Below, piece after piece: positions 12,168 through 23,968 of a DNA stretch of 64,000 nt. The stretch covers positions 2,544,001 to 2,608,000 of the forward strand of contig CM119372.1 in assembly GCA_051294905.1 (NCBI GenBank), written 5' to 3'. The DNA comes from Botryllus schlosseri (Eukaryota). A program made the translations under genes and the position numbers. The notes under the pieces were generated by a model. It ran no database searches. It was not told the origin of the DNA and worked only from the letters and a program-made list of their open reading frames with translations. Each line of letters starts with the position of its first letter. Within the stretch, counting starts at the first letter, position 1.

Positions 12168-14214
12168 TTACATAGGGTCTACCACACAGGGTGTACGATA
12201 GCGAATATGCTGACATTTGCTTTGCACGAAGAGCTATTAGACCGCCTGCGGGGATACACGTCGCCTTCAGTTTACAATCGTGCATACATCTGTTGTTCCT
12301 ACGACATAACCACAATAGTGGGAATATTCACATAATATTGTACAATGTATATTACGGTTCTCGAATATCTGGAAAAGTTCTTAAATGCTGCATTGTAATG
12401 TCTCATCCTTCTATCGATTATTGTTAAAAAAAAACATCACTGAGCATACAACAAGCTCACGGGGAAGTCGTTAAGATTTCGCGGAAACTGTTTAAAAGTC
12501 TATAGTCGCCGAAGAGTGAGCGGGCCACCAACCATAGAACAGCGCGTAGACTTAGCAAGCACAAATGACGGTGGTTGAGTGGCTACTCCGCGATGCGACA
12601 ATGATCGATGGTGTGTTTTTTTATCAATAAATAATTTATAGGAGACATTACAATTACAACGTAGCATTTTTGAATTTTTCCAAATTTTGGGCAACTCAAA
12701 AGTACATGTACGCCATCTACTGCTTGGGAATTGTCATCGGCAAACTGATACAAAACTCCCTTTTCTTATTATATATCCGGTATAGTTTAGAATCGCAACA
12801 TCGCACCTATATGCCCGACGATTGTTACCCTTGGCGTAAGCAATTTCCATATGTTATAATAATACGAATCATATTTACAATTTTACCACCAAGTTATTTC
12901 CAAGCACCCTCTCTAATACCCTGCCGACGCATAGCTTACCATCGCCTTTGATTATTTCATTTCTGGTGGTTTTGTAATTCGGGGACACTGAATATTTATA
13001 TAAAATACTGTTATGTTCTTGATTTTGTTTGAACAATAAATCATACTACGAGGTTTCTGTATGAAATCAGTATATCATCAGCAGAGTAATTCAAGACAAG
13101 CGACACGATCCAGAGTGCAGTTAAACGAAAGACAGTAGCCAACAGAACACAAGTGTCTAAATACAAGCACGACACACGAGGAAATAATGATTGGCGGTAA
13201 TTAGGCTATACTAGTCCTATTGAAATCAAGAGTTGAACGACACTAAACGTAAATGCACGAACATATCAAATACATTCACCGGGCGGTATGCAACATTTAT
13301 ATTTATATTTACGACTTGTGCAGAATTTAAAACTCGGTTCACTCGACATAGTAATCATCAGGTGACTATATACAATAGTCCCTTTTAATTGGATGGCAGC
13401 GTTCGCGTGTCCGACTGCTTAAGATTCAAATCTGGTTCGCCTGCCATTTCATAAGGGTTTGTAAAGTCATGGTCATCATTATTCCATTTACCGTCTACAA
13501 TATTGTGTCCAACCTTATCAGAGGCCATAGTGTAAGTGTTGTTCATGTCAACATAATCGCAGTCGGCGAAAACGTAATTCGAATTGCTGATTCCATCACC
13601 GGCTACGGCATAGAATGTCGAATCATTGACAGGCGTCGTTGTTCCACTCTCTTGCCAATTTTCATATATGACTGTCGTACGAGGGTTGTTAGTGTCAATA
13701 TCTGGTTCTGAGTATGGATTTTCCATGGCTACTCGCGTATTTTTCCTGAAATGAGGGATCATTCTCATCAATGAACTAAGCCTATACATGCAGTCTTGGA
13801 AAACTGTAAAATTTGCAGCCCTTCTAAATTAGATTAGAATTAGAATTACAGCTGCACACTATCTTCGTAAATAGATTAAAATAGGAATGATAGAATTCGC
13901 AAAAACTTGGGCATTGAGTGAAGTTCAGTTCATATCAAATCACAGCTCATTCTCGCACGAGAACATCATTTGTCTATGCAGCAAGCTTGGCTCGTTTCGC
14001 ATAATACAATTATCATGCAGCATTTTCAGGAATACCAGAAATTAGATTGCAATTAAATTTGAGCGGACAAACATGTGACAAATTGAATTAGAATTAGATT
14101 ACTGGCATTTCGTTCTAATGAGTCTAATTAGGCAACTAGCAAGTAAGCACTGAGCACCCGCACAAACCGCAATTGTATTGCTTAATGTTTCGCCAGCTAC
14201 TGAGCACTCACACT

Positions 14215-15170
14215 CTCACTGCGGTATCGTTGTTCCAGGGGGCAATATTGCGTCACAATGCCGAGCTTTGCTACAATGCAAATTTCAAGGCTGATTTTGG
14301 GGGTTACAGGGCATCAAGCAAAATAAAATCTATATTTTTGTAATCAGTACCGCGGTAGCTTTCGATTGAGAACAATTTTATCAAATCTCGCGCTCGACAA
14401 TCCAGTCTAAACAGTGCCGTAGATTGCCTTTGGTCAAATGGACGGAATGACCTAATCCAATCTCAGTGAGCCGTGTAATTTGGCTGTGTGCAAAGGCCAC
14501 TGTAGGCAGGACTACCGAATGTAGGACACTGCGCATCCACGCATTGAGATTTGAGTTTGGACTTACAGCGACACCGAATGGCAGCGATTTATCAAATGGC
14601 GCGCAGTGTCCTACAATGGTGGGAAGTCTGCGGAAAAAAGCAAATCTGAAGGTTTACTGCAATTGGGTTACGTCATTATTACCATTTGACCAAAGGCAAT
14701 TTACGGCACTTTTCAAGCTGGCGCGAAATTTGATCAAATTGGTATCAATCGAAAGCTACCGAGGTACTGATTACGAAAATATAAATTTTATTTTGCTCGT
14801 AGTCCTAGGGCTGGAGCCCCCAAATTTTGTCTCGAATTTTGCATCGTAACGGAGTTTGGTGACGTGACGAGAGCGAAATTTGATAAAATTGGTATGAATC
14901 CAAAGCCATCGAGGTACTGATTACGAAAATATAAATTTTATTTTGCTCGTAGTCCTAGGGCTGGAACCCACCAAATTTTGTCTCGAATTTTGCATCGTAA
15001 CGGAGTTTGGTGACGTGACGAGAGCGAAATTTGATAAAATTGGTATAAATCCAAAGCCATCGAGGTACTGATTACGAAAATATAAATTTCATTGTGCTGG
15101 TTTTCCTGGGACCCCTCAAAATCATTCTTTCATTTTGCAGTGTGACGGAGTATACCAATCGCAGTGAGCC
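14215..15170. repeat. Element with about 3 tandem 150-bp units and an inverted copy
   Basis: Units start at about 14723, 14873 and 15024 (gcgaaatttgat...gaggtactgattacgaaaatataaattt); reverse-complement copy at about 14280-14450. Confidence 0.8.
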
Positions 15171-17466
15171 GTGAGATTTGCATGTGTCCACACCATTGTA
15201 GGACACTGTGCCATAATGCATAGTGATAGACAACTATACTGCTTCTAGCGGCAATGCGTTACGACGAATTGCCTCCATCTGCAGTATTCTGTAACACAAA
15301 TTGAATGCAATACCTTTTTGATCTTCTGACGAAGAATGCCGCTGCAATTACAATCACAATCAGGAGAATGATAAGCAGCATCGGCACCAGAATAGCGGGT
15401 AACGTGGTATTTTTGGATCCCAGGACGATTGATGGGGTAATGGTGGTGCTGATGTTTTTGTTGTGGTATGTACTTGAATATATAGGTGTAGTATCCAGAT
15501 CTGTTCTGTATGACTTCGTGCTTGCATTTGTATAACTTCCATACGATGTCGCCGTAGCTAAAATGCCAGTCTCATTTTCAATAACTTTGAATAATAGCAA
15601 TGTACAAAATGAATCACACACTGAATGTAAAACGGATTCCAATGTTAGAAAATCATGGTACAAACACACGAAGAATGCATACTAACTAGGGATGGTGTGA
15701 ACCTCTGGAAGGTTCAGGTTCGTGTGAGTCGGCCACATAATGCCACAATGCTGAAGTACATATTGACGTTTTAAACGTCTTCAAATGTATCAACTGTATC
15801 AAATGATATATTAATCCCATAAAATCAATATCTTCCGTCGCTTTGCCAACAATTTCGACAAGGACTTGCAAGGAAATGAAAGCTTACCCCTTAACGGCCT
15901 AGGCCAGACCGGACAATATATTCGGGGTTGGAGTATTGCTACGTTGATATTAAGCAGAGTGTAAAACGGGTTTATATACTTTCTACCGATATTACCCCAT
16001 TAACAAGTTACACGACAGTAGCCAACACCTGCATCGCATGGATTTGTTTTTTATGATACAATAAACATGAAATCAAGATTGATTCCGTACGCCTGCTAGA
16101 TATTTTACATCAGACATCGATATCAATTTCATTGATTCGTTGAATGAGCATCATTCGCTGATTACCTACCAGGGATATCTAGATATCCCTGCTATGAAAA
16201 GAATTTCAAATAAAGATGTTATAATGACGAGAAAAATGGTAATCTATGAAAAAGGTTCACAGTGCAGAACCCACCAAGGTTCGTTTGTGAATGTGAACCT
16301 CCAAATTTCTGAGGTTCATACACAGAACGCGAACGTGAAACTCACGTTCACACCATCCCTAATACTTACCTTGGTTGCAATCAATGACCTCGTACCCGAG
16401 TTTAAATTTCTGTACAGGATGGTCCGGCACATAGTATTCGGACAATAATTTGATGTTCACCCACGGTCTTGATAAATTGGCATTCCTACAAGTTCTGAAT
16501 TTCGCAGGTCTGGTTGAGCAAAGACTGGAATAATATACGATGCATCGATCAATCTCAAGAACGCAGTCGTCGCGGTCTACAACAATACATAGAGTCCCTT
16601 ATTCTTTTAACGAAAAGGTTGATTTATCTTACTCCTTAAACGCATGCTCGGAGACAATAAATGACAATCCATAATTTATAAACGTCTATATATAAATCAA
16701 GAACCGTGGTCTTGCATGCGTGATTTGACGGATTCCTAGGAAAATATCGTCACCAGTAACAGCAATAAGGTAGTACGGATAAACGAGCAGGAAAAAGCAT
16801 ACGAACATCCGTTCATTTTCAATTCTCCAGAACAACTCTTATCGAATATAGTCTCGTAGGACATCTTGATCTCCTTGATGTCAACTGAGATGATAAAATT
16901 ATCAAGATCCGGTTAGATTCTCCATCGACATTTCTCGTCCTCCGGGTATGAGTTTGGGTAATTTGGAGACAAAATAACCCCGTGATATCCAAACAGCTTT
17001 AGTCGTGTTGAACATTGTCACAGACACCCGGAGATAGCTGAAATTATAACATATATAGGCTACACAGCATTACGTACGCTCATTGCTTAACGAAATATGG
17101 GTACTGCATTTGAGAAAGACGAGATCGCTTATTCTGATGGGTTTCCTGGATTCAATCCATGTCAAATACCAGATTGTCACTTTACGCAGCCATTTGTTTT
17201 CAATGCCGATTTGCATGTTTTCGGGTTTGATGATTGTACAATTCGGACATTTAATATTTCGTACCAGTAATTTCGGACATATCCGCGTCGAGGATATGTA
17301 TGATATACCATTTACGTGGAGCTAGGGTTAGGAGTATGGTATGGGTGCACATTTTTCGCACGAAACAAAGAATGACGACCAATGTTTATCGGACACGTCG
17401 TTAGATGGCGTGTCATAAATCAAGTCATAGAAATCCGTTTCAACTCTCAACTTGCGGCGCGGTATA

Positions 17467-18428
17467 GGGGAGATGTGGTACCGATGGATCACTGGGATCG
17501 AAAATACTTGAAAAATTCTCCATGATAATTCCATGATTACACTCTGTGAATTTGTCTACAATTACATGCTGACAGAATCTTTCGTCACATGCAAAAAAAT
17601 TCAACCTGCGTGAGTTATGGGGTCTGTGAGGAATGATTTACGTTTTAGGGGGTGTAAAGTAAATTTGGATCGACATTTGCATTTTTCTATATCACCTTTC
17701 AGACTATCAAACCCGCCATAATTTTTGATGTGAAGTATAGGGCTTGTATCAGGGTGTATAATGAAACCTATTTTTTGAATCAATAACATCCTCGAGTGGA
17801 CCATTTTCAAGTCAATTACAATATTTATGGGGTGGGGGACCTATGGTACCATAGCCAAATCAAGCAGAATAGATAGACCAACTAATCACTTAACAACATA
17901 AACTCGCCTACATATATATAGGCAGTAAATCATAGTTACCTGTGGTGTTTTATCGGTATTACGAGGTATTTTAAAGTCAAAATGTCGATTTGCGGGTAAT
18001 ATGTATGTGGCGTTAATTTTGTAAGTTTGGGCGTAAATCAAAACACGATTTTATGCCAACATTTGAGTTGATATATTCTATTTTATTCTTGAAGGTCGCG
18101 ACGAAAAATTTTTCATTGGCTTGCTGTAGCTTAGCTTATAGTACACAACAAAACAAGTTGACAAATTTGAGTTTTTGAGCGTATGTCTCATAGGTCCCAT
18201 GGTCGTGTGCCTTTGGACCCACCGGGTGGGGACCGATGACACGTTCGAGCAACAAACTTTAAACGTTTATAAATATTTTTTGAAAAGGCGGATATTCATG
18301 TAAATGTCCGCGATAGGTAGAGCTTGTATCGAAGTGTTGAGACAACAAAAGATCTGCTATTCTCGGCTGAAGATTTGAGGGCCAGAGAGCACTTTGCAAT
18401 TTTTGATCCATCGGTACCACATCTCCCC
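17467..18428. mobile_element. Tc1/mariner/pogo-type MITE
   Basis: 25-bp TIR GGGGAGATGTGGTACCGATGGATCA at both ends, flanked by TA (17465-17466 and 18429-18430). Confidence 0.85.
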
Positions 18429-18619
18429 TACCTGAAATTAAGATGAATAACGAGACATATATGACTGAAAATCTCATTCCATTCGCGAGTGTCCTTAGGA
18501 GTCACATCAGCAGCGATGATTATTATATATAGATAGGTCTATAGTAAATGCACATGGATATCGATTTAGACTCGAAATGTTACCCAAAACGTAATAACAC
18601 ACTGGTATATATATAGAGA

Positions 18620-19090
18620 GAGAATCTTTATTCGTCCGCATTACATATCAATATCACACAACATAAATGTAACTCGATAAAATTAGACATGCGAGGTAGA
18701 CGGGAGGCTCGATATGACAGAGTCTTCAGAGCCGAGCCACCCAGGGCAGGACCAATTATCACAGTTGATAACTACAATAATGATAAAGAACTAAGGAACG
18801 AAAAGAAAAACAACACACAGTATCATGGAACAATTTGAAATACAATGCAAATACAATTTAGAGGTAGTTAGAGAAAAGAGAATGAAAACATTGTTTTTTA
18901 AATGCACAAGTGTCTAAGTTACGGAGATTAGATGGTAGCTTATTCCAAATATTGACACCAATAAAACTGATTTAATTTTGCACTAGACTGGTTAAGTGGT
19001 GTTGCACAGACAGACACAAGTCAGAAGAAAATCTGGTATGATCCGGCCTACCGGTACTTCAAACGCGATTTTGCAAATTAATTGCATTCG
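18620..19090 (-). mobile_element. CR1/L2/Crack-type LINE 3' fragment (second family)
   Basis: Minus strand ISFIGVNIWNKLPSNLRNLDTCAFKKQCF (WNxLP motif), then a 3' UTR with AATAAA and a (TC)n tail. Confidence 0.7.
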
Positions 19091-20415
19091 TTCTGTAAAC
19101 TCTTATACGACTCTATGTGAACGTTTCTGCAGTGAACAACATTTACCCAAGGAGTAATCGCATTGTCGCCAGATAATTCATTTCAACGAGAGGGCAGGTT
19201 CAGGTACAGTTACAGAGTTCCCGATTCACAGCACACGCCACACTCTCGCCAGAAGATGATCTCTGATTCACAGTCCTGAACGTACTTGATGAAGATATGG
19301 GATTCATTAAATTTTTTTTTATTAGAAATATATCACGATAATATCTATAAAGAGACGTGAGCTCTAGCTGATTCATATTTCACACATCTCCTCTATCCAT
19401 GTATTTCAAATACATTGCGAGTTCATCCTTACAAGAAATATTCAGACTGTCAGCTATAATTCCCATATCCTTTGACACGCACTGTCATATGGTAGAGCTG
19501 TCGAATACGCGTTTAAAGATGAATCACTGCTCGAATATTGTTGATTCATATTAAGCCGCATGATACTTGCTGCTTTCCTATATGTCTTTTTACAATAGCA
19601 TCGTGAAATATTTTGAAACATGTCATGACGAATTTCTTAGATATATACCTCCGTGATTCCGAATTTTGACGCGATATGCCATGAGTGATGTCCTGCTATT
19701 CTCGCATGCGTACTAAAATATCGGGATGACATGCATGAGATATAAATGATCCGTTGACCAGTAACCGCGTGAATACGTTAAGCTTTACCAGGCATTGCGC
19801 TTGTTTCGTTTATTATATATATATAAATATTAATTTGACGCAAATATGTTTCTGGATTCCCACAAAAATAGAATATACAACCGAAATATTTGAGAGTTGG
19901 CTGTGGATGACTTGAATATCCATATCCATGCAAGTTGCAACATGGATTGTAACAATATAATTCCGTATTAGGGGAGTTATGTTTCAGATGTATGCAGTGC
20001 TTGGTTTTGACAATACCCTCACAGGCTCATACACCAGACATGCGCAGTGCACACTGCTATATACGGCCTTATATGTAATATATGTAATCGTAACATGTTC
20101 GCGGCTACAAACGACGTAATTTAGGACGAATATCGAAACTTTCAAGATATTGCTTCAGGCCGTGATGGAGGTAGCCTATAATGTTGCTTAGTGCATATGA
20201 AAATTTGACAGATAAAGCGAATACAAATGTATCTAAAAACCAAGTTAACACACCGAAAGTGATTCGGCGCAAACGATTTTAACCCAGAACGAATGACATG
20301 GAAATAATATAAAAACAATTACGCAGGAGTATGCAGTACAGGCGGAGAACACTAATGCAAAAACTAGAACAAAATAAATCTGTCAAGTTATACCTCAGTT
20401 CATATATGGCCAGTA

Positions 20416-22014
20416 CGGGGTTACCAGATTGGCCCTTTGTTTTCAATATTTGGCTCTATTTGGAAGCAGTTGGTATATAGCAGTGGTCGGGAACCTTTTT
20501 CCACCGAAGAGCCATTTTGACCCAATATTTCCAATTGTAACTCCCAAAGAGCCATACCTGTCAATCGATTGCTACGTCACTATTGAAATTCGTGACGTAT
20601 TGGTAGCACTAATATATGGGATTCGTAGGTGCGCCACATTTTTCTGCCAACATGCGACATGCGTGGGTGGAGTCAGAATACAGCAGTAGGCCTACAGCAG
20701 TAATACATAGCCACTGCAGGGTGTGATACGTCAATAACGTGGGGTTAGGGGAGGAGACTGAGGCAGTGCCTCACATGTCGTCAGGGATGAGCGAGGAGAA
20801 TTGCGAAACCTTCAATGATTATTGGTATTTTTTATCGATGTTTATGAATGATTAGATTTTAAACATTTCTATTCCCATAATCGCGGAATTATCATATTTA
20901 TTGTTCGAATATAAAGCGAGAAAGGAGAGTTAACGCACAGATGATAGGCATAGACGGGCCAAGCCGCACCTATGATAGCGCAACTCATCGTAAATACCTT
21001 AGAATTTATCATCACTGATATTATTCAAATGAAATTGTCGCGCTGATTCCGAAAATCTAAATATCGATCGGCTTCTAAAGTATTAGGCGTAACATAACTC
21101 TACACACCTACATTTTACGGCGGTTCTCGAAAGCTACTGACGTTACCAATCAAGAACTTGAATAGCCATGGCGTTGTTTTTAATTTATTTGAATTTGGAA
21201 TTGTTAATGTCACTTCCAAGGAAGTTTATTTATTGGCGTAGATCAAGAAGACAATGTGTATTTGAAAACTGCATTGTGCTACAAGCGTCGTCATGTCAAG
21301 GTATCAATCATGGTATCGTGCGATCCAATTTAGAGGCGCGCGATGACGGGTAGATCGAATTTGCCAGTGGTGTTAGTCGCCGGCGCGACATCAACTTAAA
21401 TTTAGGGATTTTGAAATGGGGGGTACGAATCCCTAACGCTGGTTACCACTGTCTTGACCTCTCAAAAACATGTTTATGCTGCAACGAGAATAATTATTCG
21501 GGCCATCATGAAAATTTACACATTAGTTGCTGCAATATTGATAAATTAAGTACAAAGGTAAAAATTTGCCAAAGAGCCATATCTTATACCCAAAAGAGCC
21601 ATATATGGCTCGCGACCCATAGGTTCCCGACCACTGGTATATAGTATCAAGCTAGATATCTTTTACTGAAAAATCCTAAAATCATGTTCATAAATTAGAT
21701 AAGTTTCAAATTTTTATTATAAATTCAAAAAATTGAACTCTCATATTGTAACGAGGTTATATTTTACGGTTTTATATTCAGTTGAAAAAGACTTGAAATA
21801 ACAGCAGCTATTGTAGTTGGATTTGGTGTCCTATCAACAATACAAATCCGGAATTCCTGGGGATTTACAAAAGGTCTACGGGTAATATTGCAACGTATTG
21901 ACGTTGTTAACATTGTTATGTAATATTAACAGCGTTATTGAACAATTTGGCCCTTTTTGGTCCCTTTTCCGACACTGTTTGGCCCTTTTCCTCGAAAGCT
22001 GTCTGGCAGCCCTG
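20416..22014. mobile_element. hAT-type MITE hosting a nested element
   Basis: CGGGGTTACCAGA...TCTGGCAGCCCTG; TSD GGCCAGTA/TGCCAGTA (7/8); TTGGCCC subterminal motifs. Confidence 0.7.
20481..21636. mobile_element. Nested hAT-type element
   Basis: TIR CAGTGGTCGGGAACC...GGTTCCCGACCACTG; perfect TSD GTATATAG; AAGAGCCA subterminal repeats. Confidence 0.92.
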
Positions 22015-23104
22015 TGCCAGTACTGAAATTATGTTATTAAAAATATCACTTGTAATTTTATACTCCATTTTTGCTCAATATTTTCAATTAGTTTCACGTG
22101 TTTTATAGGCTACCTTGTAAACGTGTTATCACAATCCTAGATCTCAGCAGAGTGGGATCAATTATTATCAAATTACAATTACAATTACTGTTAAACATTA
22201 AATTAATTTCATTTACAATTACAATTACTGTTAAACATGTAATTGATTCGGTAGAGAGATGTGCTTTGACAACCGTAGCGACGTAATTAGCATTAATCTC
22301 AAGCTATTCATGTTTCATTCATGATACGTAGAATACCCTTTAATTAAAAAAAAACGCGAACGTATTCGATCTATTCCTAATCATGAGTACTGAAAACTAC
22401 AAACACAGAAAAATGTTTCAAGCGTCTGTTAACAACCAAAAGTTTGAGCGACTAACAGCGTATAGGCTACAGGACAGTCAATGAAATGTAATCAAACGAT
22501 TAGGCTACTCAGAGCTGAGTGAGGATAATAAACTGTAATTGGTAAGGAGTGAGCGATAAGGATGATACCGATAAGGTGCGTAAAATTAAAATAAATGCAA
22601 AAGGAAAGAACCTCCTGATAACTACGGATTACAACATTTTGGTTTGCATTTAGATTTTCACTTGCTCGGAAACTGTTAGATTGCATTTGATGAACATTAG
22701 GGTGCGAAAAGTTTCTGGCCCCAGTAAATTTGGCCAAGATTTGAGGTAAGATTGGGATAACATCTCTACAAATGCGTGATCAAGTTTGATGAAGCCTTGG
22801 TTGGAAACTTGAATTTCTTTTTGCAATTGTTACAGCAAGCCTCGGTAGGCTACTGGTCAAAAATTTGAAAAAAAACTGACTATGGTGTAGGAAATGGTTC
22901 AGCACAGGTTTCAGAAGAGTTTATTTGCTGTTCATTCATTTTTTTAAATATTAGGATTTTGTTTAGCCCACTGGTTCTCTAACTTTTTGACAGTGAAATA
23001 TTTCGTGTGCCCCTTATCGTCATATCACACAATGAAACCAAAATGTTAGCAATCCTTACAGATAGTTTGATGGTATGGAATGTTATGACTGTTGATGAGA
23101 GAAT

Positions 23105-23637
23105 CAGGGTTGTAACCAAGTCACAAAGCTCCGAGTCACAACTGTCAATCTCACTTTTATAGTTTTGACTCGAGTCAAGTCGAGTCATTTTCAATTCACC
23201 ACCGAGTCAAGTCCAAGTCATCGAGCAGAGGTTCGAGTCCAAGTCAATGTGTTGACTGCTCAGTTTCTAGTTGAAGTCTTGTTAAACCCACTTTTTACAA
23301 TTCTGTTTGGTGATATCGAATGGTTCGCATTTATAATATACTAATTTTACCCACTTTTAACAGTTTCTGGTCACATTTTTAAGTACCGGTACCAATTGAC
23401 GAAATCTCAAATGAGTGGTTACTTTACTGTTCTTCGAAATTACAATGGAATGTCGGTCTTGGCCGCCTCAGTCTCGAGTCATGTGACTTGGTTCGAGTCA
23501 TGCGCCATGACTCGAGTCCAATGTGAGTCAATACACAGTTTGACTCGAGTTGAGTCGAGTCATTTCCGGATTTTGAGAAAATGACTCGAGTCAAGTCCAG
23601 TGATCAGAAAATCGTGACTCGAGTCATTACAACCCTG
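23105..23637. mobile_element. MITE of the CAGGGTTGTAA/GACTCGAGTC family
   Basis: CAGGGTTGTAA...TTACAACCCTG, flanked by AGAGAAT on both sides. Confidence 0.85.
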
Positions 23638-23968
23638 AGAGAATTCTTCAATATGAAATTACGACTATACACAGAGGAATAACTATGAAATGGAAGTGAA
23701 TCGCGCCAGGCACGGAAAAAAATTCAGTTTACCGGAGCTTGGCGCCCCCTTCAGATGCTTTCACGCCGCCCAAGGGGGCACGCTCCCCAGTTTGAGAACC
23801 ACTGGTTTCGCCTATATTGTAATTCACAAACTTTTCTGTTGCTACTGAAGTATGGGAAACAGTTTAGCACGGCTGAATTATCTAGTTATAACGCGGCAAG
23901 CATAGAACACCAATCTAAATAGGCTAATTATCACAAGTGGCGACTGCATGTGTACTAAGGCCTTAAGG

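Larger units (their letters stand above)
13385..18477 (-). pseudogene. Type-I membrane receptor B, paralog of A, with two in-frame stops
   Basis: Exons 18477-18432 (MRFSVIYVSLFILIS), 17037-16807 (CL*QCSTRLKLFGYHGVILSPNYPNSYPEDEKCRWRI*PDLDNFIISVDIKEIKM), 16576-16370 (...FKLGYEVIDCNQ), 15584-15314 (S/T stalk + LPAILVPMLLIILLIVIVIAAAFFVRRSKR), 13745-13385 (tail). Same intron phases as A (1,1,1,2). TGA at 17018-17020 and TAA at 16913-16915. Confidence 0.85.

Noticed and set aside
16913..17020. Stop-codon recoding (selenocysteine or readthrough) in receptor B
   Set aside because: One stop is TAA, paralog A has Glu there, and a transposon also hits the donor; pseudogenization is simpler.
19200..20060. 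Cys-rich minus-strand readings as exons
   Set aside because: Interrupted by stops, with no consistent frame or recognisable domain.
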